Below are positions 16,383 through 23,498 of a stretch of DNA of 25,492 nucleotides, one piece after another. The position numbers and the translations under genes were made by a program. The notes beneath the pieces were generated by a model. That model was not told where the DNA came from and made no database searches. It saw only the letters and a list, made by a program, of their open reading frames with translations. The stretch is from an uncultured Planctomycetales bacterium (GTDB taxonomy: Bacteria > Omnitrophota > Gorgyraeia > Zapsychrales > JANLHA01), in contig CAZBSU010000002.1 in the NCBI GenBank assembly GCA_964494745.1, positions 1-25,492 on the forward strand, read 5' to 3'. Numbering within the stretch: position 1 is the stretch's first letter; every line of letters starts with the position of its first letter.

Positions 16383-18083
16383 TTAATTTTCTTCCTTGGT
16401 AACACGGACAACTTCTTCGGGCGTCGTCAACCCCTGCCGCACCTTTTCCCAACCGTGGCGCAAAAGGATTTTCATGCCCTGCTCCCGGGCCTTCTTCCTT
16501 ATCTGTCCCGACGAGGCCCGGCTGTTGATCAGCTCCCGGATATCCTCGGACATCGGTAAAAATTCGTAAATGCCTTCGCGGCCGTAATACCCGGTATTAT
16601 TGCAGTAATTGCAGCCCTTGCCTTCGTAGATGGTGACGCCCTCGACATCCGCCGGCGACAGCCCAAAATCATGAATAATGTCCGGCGTCAGATTCCGTTC
16701 GGTCTTGCAGCGCGGGCAGATCAACCGGATCAGGCGCTGGGCGATGAAACACTCGACCGCGCTTGAGATCAGATACGGCTCAACGCCCATATCGATCAAA
16801 CGGGTGATGCCGCTGACCGCGTCGTTGGTATGCAGGGTGGAAAAGACCAAGTGACCGGTCAGGGCGATCTGGATCGCGATCTCAGCCGTTTCCAGATCGC
16901 GGACCTCCCCGACCATCATGATATCCGGGTCGTGACGAAGCATCGAGCGCAGGCCGCGGGCAAAGGTCAGGCCGATCGTCGGATAGATCTGAACCTGGGT
17001 GATCCCTTTAAGCTGATATTCGATGGGGTCTTCGATCGTGATAATCTTGCGGTCGGCCTTGTTGATCCGCGACAAACAGGCATACAGGGTTGTGGTCTTG
17101 CCGCTTCCGGTCGGCCCGGTGACATAAATGATCCCATGCGGCTTATGGACCAGCCGGTCCAGCTTGGTCTGATCCTCCGCCGAAAGCCCGAGCTCGCTCA
17201 TATTATATAATTTGGCCGACGACAAGATGCGGATCACGGTGCTTTCCCCGAACTGGGTCGGCAGGAAAGAAACCCTCAAATCCAGATCGGTATTGCCGAT
17301 ACGCACCTGAAACCGGCCGTCCTGGGGCAAACGTTTCTCGGCGATATTCAGCCGTGACATGATCTTGATACGGGAATTAATGGAATCCTTGAAATGAAAA
17401 AGGTTGCCCGGGACCTGGGCGTCACGCAGGATCCCGTCAACCCGGTAACGGATCATGAGCTCGTTTTCAAACGGCTCGATATGGATATCCGTGGCCCGCT
17501 GGCGGTAAGCCTCCATCAGGATCTGATTGATGAACTTCCCGATCGAGGCCTCGGAATCGATCTCGGATATATCGGTTATTTTTGTCTCGACCGCCTCGGG
17601 CGGCTGGACGGCATCCATCATACGGGCGATGGTCTCGGCCCCCACGCCGTAATATTTCCGGACCGCCTCAGCGATATCCTTCTCGCTGGCCAGCACCGTC
17701 CTGATCTTGAACGGCACGATCAGGCTGATACCGTCGATCACATTGATATCCAAGGGATGCGAGGTCGCCACGGTCAGGAGATCGGACTCAAACCGCACCG
17801 GAACGACTTTGTAATAAACCGCGAACTTGGCCGGGATGCGGGCGATCACGTCACGGGGGATATTGATATTGCGGAGATTGACGAATTCGACCCCCAGCTG
17901 ACCGGCCAAAAGGGGCATAAAGACCGATTCCTCGTCCACAAAACCGAGGGTCATCAGGGTGACACCAAGCAGCTCCCCGGTCTCACGCTGTTTTTTAAGG
18001 GCGATATCCAGCTGGTCGGTATTGATCAGACCGTTCTCAACCAGGATCTCGCCAAGGCGCTTTTTGGGGTTGTTTTGGGACAT
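16383..18083 (-). CDS. gspE: Type II secretion ATPase (GspE/PilB family) with MshEN-like N-terminus
   Basis: RLGEILVENGLI...QL..AL..Q N-terminus, ATDIHIEP, EKRLPQDG, Walker A GPTGSGKTT, TIEDPIE, RHDPDIMMVGEVRD, TGHLVFSTLH, CxxC...CxxC. Confidence 0.95.
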   Translation of the reverse strand: MSQNNPKKRLGEILVENGLINTDQLDIALKKQRETGELLGVTLMTLGFVDEESVFMPLLAGQLGVEFVNLRNINIPRDVIARIPAKFAVYYKVVPVRFESDLLTVATSHPLDINVIDGISLIVPFKIRTVLASEKDIAEAVRKYYGVGAETIARMMDAVQPPEAVETKITDISEIDSEASIGKFINQILMEAYRQRATDIHIEPFENELMIRYRVDGILRDAQVPGNLFHFKDSINSRIKIMSRLNIAEKRLPQDGRFQVRIGNTDLDLRVSFLPTQFGESTVIRILSSAKLYNMSELGLSAEDQTKLDRLVHKPHGIIYVTGPTGSGKTTTLYACLSRINKADRKIITIEDPIEYQLKGITQVQIYPTIGLTFARGLRSMLRHDPDIMMVGEVRDLETAEIAIQIALTGHLVFSTLHTNDAVSGITRLIDMGVEPYLISSAVECFIAQRLIRLICPRCKTERNLTPDIIHDFGLSPADVEGVTIYEGKGCNYCNNTGYYGREGIYEFLPMSEDIRELINSRASSGQIRKKAREQGMKILLRHGWEKVRQGLTTPEEVVRVTKEEN

Positions 18084-18106
18084 GCAGCCTTCCTCATTTT
18101 TATATT

Positions 18107-18135
18107 AGTATATTATAACAATCCGCCGGTTTCAA
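18107..18135 (-). promoter_or_regulatory. Putative sigma70 promoter of the gspE operon
   Basis: Minus strand TTGAAA (18130-18135), 17 nt, TATACT (18107-18112); overlapping extended -10 TGTTATAAT; SD GAGGAAGG before the gspE ATG. Confidence 0.65.
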
Positions 18136-18222
18136 CAGAGAAGGCCCTTTTAGCGAACCGGAACATCGGGATGAAACTTCGTTAAGGATAATAATATCAA
18201 GGGGGACTGTTTGAAAGGCATT

Positions 18223-18471
18223 TTATGCGGAAGGCGGGGCGGTATTCCCCATCTCGTCCCTCTCTGTTATGAGGACCTTGGCAATACGGTGGGAACTCTT
18301 GACCATGCCGTAGCCGGTGACAAAGACATAAATCCCGACCTGGACATGCAAATAATTCTGCTCCAGAAGATCGATAACAATAATGATAAATCCGATCAAA
18401 ACGGAAAAGAATCCGCAGATATCACAAATCGTGCTGAGCCTTTCCAATGACACCCGGTTTTCAGCCCGCAT
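18223..18471 (-). CDS. Small hypothetical membrane protein (two predicted TM helices)
   Basis: AAGGAG SD about 10 nt upstream of the ATG; two hydrophobic stretches; fills an otherwise non-coding gap. Confidence 0.7.
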   Translation of the reverse strand: MRAENRVSLERLSTICDICGFFSVLIGFIIIVIDLLEQNYLHVQVGIYVFVTGYGMVKSSHRIAKVLITERDEMGNTAPPSA

Positions 18472-18614
18472 GTACTCTAACTCCTTGTAACAAAACAGAT
18501 TTTAAGGAACGCGCCATTTAGAAACCGTTAATATTAGTTTACCATAGTCCCGAAGGGCCTGACCATACCGGTCAAATCAAGATCGCATGAGATGAAACAG
18601 AAAAACATATTTTG

Positions 18615-18642
18615 TTGATTCCGGCCCGACTCCATGTAGAAT
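18615..18642 (+). promoter_or_regulatory. Possible promoter for the HD-domain gene
   Basis: TTGATT (18615-18620), 16 nt, TAGAAT (18637-18642). The short spacer makes this a weak call. Confidence 0.35.
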
Positions 18643-18684
18643 GGTTACATTCCCTTTAAGATCTTGACACTCTTTAAATATCCC

Positions 18685-19473
18685 ATGATCGCCGAACATC
18701 TTGAATTATACAAAAAGTGGTTTAAGGATTACGCCCGCAGCTTTCTCGGCGGAAGCGAAACCGATGACAATAATATCCAGATCAAGATCGACCACACCCG
18801 GCGCGTCTGTGACGAGATCACCTTCCTGAGCCGGAGCCTTGGCCTGGACAAAGACGATATCGCTCAGGCCCAGATCTGCGCACTTTTTCACGATGTCGGC
18901 CGTTTCGAACAATACAAACGCCACGGCACCTATGCCGACCATCAATCCGAAGACCATGCCCAGTTGGGCGTGACGATCCTCCGTCAGCAAAAAGTCTTAG
19001 CCAACCTGCCCGCGGCACAACGGGAACTGATCATCCGTGTGATTGCCTGCCATAACCTCGCCCGCCTACCTGACGATCTGGACGAGCGCACCTGTTTTTT
19101 TGCGCGCCTCCTGAGGGACGCGGACAAACTCGATATCTGGCGGGTCGTCGTCGCCTATTATCGTGAACGCGAACACAAGCCCAACACGGTCATCGAGCTG
19201 AATCTGCCCGATACCCCCGGTCTATCTGCCGGCGTCCTGAACGATCTGCGCGCCGGGCGGTTCGTGGACCGCAGGCATATCCGCAATCTCAACGATTTCA
19301 AACTGCTCCAGGTCGGATGGATTTATGACCTCAACTTTCCCGCGACTTACCGTCTTGTCAAAGAAAGGAATTATCTGGGCAGTATCCTGGGCCACATAAC
19401 CGACGGCCCCGAGCTGGCCAAGGTGCGCGCCCTGATCACGGCTTTCCTGGAGGAAAAAACAAGGCATCAATAG
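18685..19473 (+). CDS. HD-domain metal-dependent phosphohydrolase, substrate unknown
   Basis: H (KIDHT), HD (FHDVGR), H (EDHA), H (CHN), D (RDADKLD). ATG 18685 preferred over TTG 18664. Confidence 0.88.
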   Translation: MIAEHLELYKKWFKDYARSFLGGSETDDNNIQIKIDHTRRVCDEITFLSRSLGLDKDDIAQAQICALFHDVGRFEQYKRHGTYADHQSEDHAQLGVTILRQQKVLANLPAAQRELIIRVIACHNLARLPDDLDERTCFFARLLRDADKLDIWRVVVAYYREREHKPNTVIELNLPDTPGLSAGVLNDLRAGRFVDRRHIRNLNDFKLLQVGWIYDLNFPATYRLVKERNYLGSILGHITDGPELAKVRALITAFLEEKTRHQ

Positions 19474-21092
19474 TCCAAAACCCGGGCGCGGATAAAGACC
19501 ACATGCTCAATCCGCCGGCTCTTTGTGCGTTGTCTTTGGAAAACCCGGCCGAGAAAAGGGACATCCCCCAGCAGGGGGACCTTACGGGTCATCTGAATCT
19601 GTTCCTCTTCGAACATCCCGCCGATCACGGCCACCTTATCGTCGCCCACAGCCAAGTCAATCTTTGCCTGCCCCCCTTTTTCTTTTCGAAGCGGACGCGA
19701 CGGGATTACCGTTAACGTAAGGGACTGGTCCAGATGCACGACCGGCACAAATTCAAAATCCATTCCCTCCGGCAGGGAGCTGTCTTGAGAAACGTCGGCC
19801 TGGGGCCCCGCGCCCGTCTTCGCACGGCTTCCGGCATCCTTTAGCTCAAGCGTCATCTCTTTATTGGCAAACCCGACCCCCAAAGTGATTTTGTCCCGGG
19901 CCAGAGCCATGACGCCCGGGCCCGGGGCAAACGACATCTGCCCCACGGTATCCATCGCCTCCATCAGGACATCATAATCCTCCTGACTGATACTCCCGAC
20001 GCTGACATCCTTGTCATACGGTGTGCAGGATGACTCATCCTCGGTCAGGCAGCGGTAATCAGACACGATCGCCTCCCAGTCGATTCCGCTCTGGTATTCC
20101 TCGGATAAAATAACCCGCACGCTCTCGGTCTCGATCATGACGCGATGGGGCACGTCCCAGGCCTGGACCGATTCGGTGATCCGGGCCAGGGCCGGGACCG
20201 TATCCGTGACGATCACCTTGCGCTCTGTCTCATCATAACGGGCATAACCGCGGTCATCGGTCAACAACTCCCGCACCTTTCCCAGGACTTCCTGACCAGG
20301 GGCATACGCCAGCAGAAAGATCTCCGTCCGGACCTCAACATCCTTCTTCGCCATCAAGGCCGTCATGTCCTTTAAATTGGCCGGGGTGTCGACCAGGACC
20401 ACGGTCTTGTGATCGCCCGATAAGGTGATTCGGCCACGGGAACCCTTCAACTCTTCCAGCTGGGGAAGGATGACCTGCGGATCGATGTATTTGAGACGGA
20501 CAACCCGGGATGAAAAATTTTGATCAAACCGGTAGCTGTATTCGCTCTCAAATGTCTCCGCGGTCATAATCCGCACACCGCTGTCTTTCACGACCATGGC
20601 CAGACCGTGGCGGTCAACCAACACCTTTAAAATATCCCGCACCTCAACGTCGGCAAGGGTCAACGTCACCGAGCCAACCACCCCCGCGTCCACCTGGATC
20701 GGCAGGCCGCTTTGACGCCCGATCGACCGCAAGGCGAGAAAAAGGTCTTCCTCTTGGAACTCCACCCGTATCCGTTCGCTCAAAAGGGCCTCGGGGTCGA
20801 TCAGCTCCAGCGCAGGCCTTTCGGGCGCGGGGGTCGCCGGCACCGGCGATGAAGTCACGGCCCCCGATTCAGACGGCCCCTGCCTTTCTTCCTGCAAAAG
20901 CGCCTCGGTCTGATCCAGGGCATCCAGGGCGTTCCTGATGACCGCGTCTTTGTCTTCGGCTTTCGGTTCTGTCAAAAGAAAAAGACTGAATAACAGCGCT
21001 AAAACACATGCAGCCATCCGCTGCCAGGACAGTAAAGTCCGACTCATAAAAGCCCTGCGTGGATTATTCACGTAACGACGTTTATTCTTCAA
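19467..21092 (-). CDS. Second, divergent secretin (GspD/PilQ family paralog)
   Basis: Signal peptide, STN/N0-like and two N domains, GIDWEAIVSDY, VIGGM, KVPLLGDVPFLGRVF; collinear with 6882-8696. Start may be ATG 21047. Confidence 0.85.
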   Translation of the reverse strand: MKNKRRYVNNPRRAFMSRTLLSWQRMAACVLALLFSLFLLTEPKAEDKDAVIRNALDALDQTEALLQEERQGPSESGAVTSSPVPATPAPERPALELIDPEALLSERIRVEFQEEDLFLALRSIGRQSGLPIQVDAGVVGSVTLTLADVEVRDILKVLVDRHGLAMVVKDSGVRIMTAETFESEYSYRFDQNFSSRVVRLKYIDPQVILPQLEELKGSRGRITLSGDHKTVVLVDTPANLKDMTALMAKKDVEVRTEIFLLAYAPGQEVLGKVRELLTDDRGYARYDETERKVIVTDTVPALARITESVQAWDVPHRVMIETESVRVILSEEYQSGIDWEAIVSDYRCLTEDESSCTPYDKDVSVGSISQEDYDVLMEAMDTVGQMSFAPGPGVMALARDKITLGVGFANKEMTLELKDAGSRAKTGAGPQADVSQDSSLPEGMDFEFVPVVHLDQSLTLTVIPSRPLRKEKGGQAKIDLAVGDDKVAVIGGMFEEEQIQMTRKVPLLGDVPFLGRVFQRQRTKSRRIEHVVFIRARVLDY

Positions 21093-22431
21093 AATACATG
21101 GCCTTCTTGATTTTATCCATCTGCGTCTGCCGGCGCGGGTCGTTCGGATAGCGTTTGAGCAACTTCCGCTCGATCTCGAATGCTTCGTGCAAACGGCCTA
21201 TCTGTTTAAGGATCTCGGCCTTGGTATCAAGATAAGCATAATTATCGGGATCATCGTCCAGCGCGCGGTTCACCAGTTCCAGCCCGCGGTCAAGATGTTC
21301 ACCCCGCTGCGCGTAAAGCCAGGCCAAATCGTTATGCGCGGGCACATGATCGGGCTGCTCGCGGATACTCTGCTGCAGCAGCTCTTCTTTTTGCTGATCT
21401 GTCAACTGAAAATAGCGCACCTGATATTCGAAATACGCCGGATTGGCCAACAGCACCATGACAAGCGGGATCACCGTCATGCCGAAATTGAAAGCATAAT
21501 GAGCCATAATTGAAGGAATACTTGATCCGGTCCAGGCCCGCAAGACCGTAAGCACAAAACCTAAAACCGTAACCGCGGCGATGGCCGCCCAGTCGCCCCA
21601 ATACTGATCATAATGCAGCAACGCGAATACCAAGCCGATGACCGCCACGGCGAAAAGGTTTCCTTTTAAACGGGCGAGCACCTGAAAAAAATAACCACGA
21701 AAAATAACCTCCTCAAAAAACGGGGCCAGAAGCACGGCCACGACAAGGAAGGAAAACAGCAAACCGAAGGACTCCGTGGAGGCCAGCATGTTATGAAAAG
21801 GCGTCGACGGCTGGTGGGCGCGTGACATCATGACCAAGGCCGACACCCACGCGCAGAAAAAACCGATCAGGACCGGAAGGACCCACAACCGCCATCCGGA
21901 CTGGGCCTTCACCTGAAGCCCGAGCAAGACCCGATAGCGGCAGCCGGGATAATTCCGGCTGATACGATAAACCAGCCCCAACATCAACACCGAGGAAAAT
22001 AAGGCGACAATAACCGTCCGCCCCAGAGGGGCGTCGCCGAACGGCATGATCGGGGCCAGGACCTCGACCAGAACGGCAAAAACGATCATGCCCGCGATCC
22101 AAAAAAGGACCAACCCAAAGGTATCGGAAAGCATGGTCAGGCGGGAATCCATAAAATTCTTGCTGCTATCTTTCAAAAACAAATTATGTTTAAAATGAAC
22201 CCGGCAGCTCAGGTAAACCGTCAGGAGAAAAACCATAAGCAAGACGGGCAGGCGTTCGACCTGACCGGCCAGGCGCGACAATACGGCCAAAAAAAGCAGG
22301 GCCAGACAAAGCCCGCCGGCCTGAAGCAGGGTCAGGGAAAAACTCCGGCGGAACGTTTCCCGATCTTGCCTTTTCAACAGGTAAATATCCAACACGATGA
22401 TGGACCAAAAGATAACCACGCCGAAAAACAT
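21082..22431 (-). CDS. CPBP (Abi/CAAX-family) intramembrane glutamic endopeptidase with extra N-terminal TMs and C-terminal TPRs
   Basis: PFFEEVIFRG, FALLH and AH..FN catalytic motifs; multiple TM helices; C-terminal TPR-like helices (AHNDLAW.YA...LDRGLELVNRAL...P.N..YLDT.A). Confidence 0.85.
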   Translation of the reverse strand: MFFGVVIFWSIIVLDIYLLKRQDRETFRRSFSLTLLQAGGLCLALLFLAVLSRLAGQVERLPVLLMVFLLTVYLSCRVHFKHNLFLKDSSKNFMDSRLTMLSDTFGLVLFWIAGMIVFAVLVEVLAPIMPFGDAPLGRTVIVALFSSVLMLGLVYRISRNYPGCRYRVLLGLQVKAQSGWRLWVLPVLIGFFCAWVSALVMMSRAHQPSTPFHNMLASTESFGLLFSFLVVAVLLAPFFEEVIFRGYFFQVLARLKGNLFAVAVIGLVFALLHYDQYWGDWAAIAAVTVLGFVLTVLRAWTGSSIPSIMAHYAFNFGMTVIPLVMVLLANPAYFEYQVRYFQLTDQQKEELLQQSIREQPDHVPAHNDLAWLYAQRGEHLDRGLELVNRALDDDPDNYAYLDTKAEILKQIGRLHEAFEIERKLLKRYPNDPRRQTQMDKIKKAMYFEE

Positions 22432-22501
22432 AATATTCCTTAAGCTAGCGGTTAGCGAGATCTGCCCTCAAGGGCTTAATATACACAAGCCCGCCTTACC
22501 T

Positions 22502-23434
22502 TTACCTGCCTTTCCTAAACCCGGCGATAAAAAAACCTTCCATCTCTTCCGTCGGCAGGACTCGAAGACAGCGTGACACGCGCGGATCGTATGCCCGCCC
22601 TTCCCAAGCCGTCACGGCCGGATAAGTTTCGATTCCCGCCAAGGTCAAATCCAACATCTCCATCTGCCCCGCGGTCTTGCGCAGGAGCCAATCGGCCACG
22701 GCCTCATTTTCCTCCGGCGCGAAGGTACAAGTCGAGTATATCAGAATCCCGCCTTTTTTCAATAACCGCGACGCATTCAGCACCAGGCCCTTCTGTTTGC
22801 GCGCCATCTCCTTGATCTTGCGCGGGCTCCAGAAAAGACGGGTCTTGGGGTCATCTATCTTGAACCGGGCCTCACAGCTGCAGGGAGCATCAACCAAAAT
22901 CCGGTCAAACAGCTCCCGGTCGCGAAACCTACGGCCGTCCGCGCAAATCAAACGGGCATTAGCAACACCAAGCCGGCTCAAGACAGACTTCAATTTGTAA
23001 TACCTTTTACGGATTGGCTCAACACAGACCAGCTCGCCCTGATTGCCCATGCGGGCCGCGATCTGGGAGGCCTTGCTGCCCGGCGCGGCGCATAAATCCA
23101 GCACCCGTTCTTCGGGCTGCGGATCAAGAAGCGCAACCGGAAGCATGCTCGCCAAAGACTGGATATAAATCCGGCCGTCGGCCAACAAACCTGTCGTCTC
23201 CAATTCCCGGGAAGATAACAATGGAAAGACCAGGGCCTGTGCTGACCAGGGGATAGTTTTAAATGGGACCTTGAGCCCACGCAGGATTTCTTTCAACTCA
23301 TCCGGACCTGTCTTAAGCGCATTAATCCTGGCACTGACGGGCGCACGCATGGAAAAAGTCGCTTTAACCCTTTCCAAATAAGAATTTGCGAGAATTTTCG
23401 CGAGCCGGTCAATAAATTCTTGTTTTAGTTCCAT
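22502..23434 (-). CDS. RsmB/NOP/RsmF family RNA m5C methyltransferase (short form, catalytic domain only)
   Basis: IYIQSLASM, DLCAAPGSK, LVDAPCS, YSTCT..PEENE, GFFIA; no NusB-like or C-terminal PUA extension visible. Confidence 0.9.
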   Translation of the reverse strand: MELKQEFIDRLAKILANSYLERVKATFSMRAPVSARINALKTGPDELKEILRGLKVPFKTIPWSAQALVFPLLSSRELETTGLLADGRIYIQSLASMLPVALLDPQPEERVLDLCAAPGSKASQIAARMGNQGELVCVEPIRKRYYKLKSVLSRLGVANARLICADGRRFRDRELFDRILVDAPCSCEARFKIDDPKTRLFWSPRKIKEMARKQKGLVLNASRLLKKGGILIYSTCTFAPEENEAVADWLLRKTAGQMEMLDLTLAGIETYPAVTAWEGRAYDPRVSRCLRVLPTEEMEGFFIAGFRKGR

Positions 23435-23498
23435 ATAAATTCAATACTAAAAAATTTGTTTCTTATTAATATTTATACTATACTTTATTTGAGGTATT
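23435..23498. promoter_or_regulatory. AT-rich divergent promoter region
   Basis: 64 bp with 9 G/C by hand count (about 14%). Plus strand TTGTTT (23456-23461), 17 nt, TATACT (23479-23484); SD GAGGT at 23491-23495. Confidence 0.55.

Noticed and set aside
14998-18214. Exact 11-mer GGACTGTTTGA at 14998-15008 and 18204-18214, both intergenic
   Set aside because: An 11-bp match among roughly 1 kb of spacer DNA has a chance expectation of order 0.1, and the flanks do not extend. Too weak without a genome-wide count.
22440-22495. Overlapping small hairpins (GGGCTT/AAGCCC and GCCC/GGGC) between the methyltransferase and CPBP genes
   Set aside because: The stems are only 4-6 bp with no U-tract, which is not enough to call a terminator or switch.
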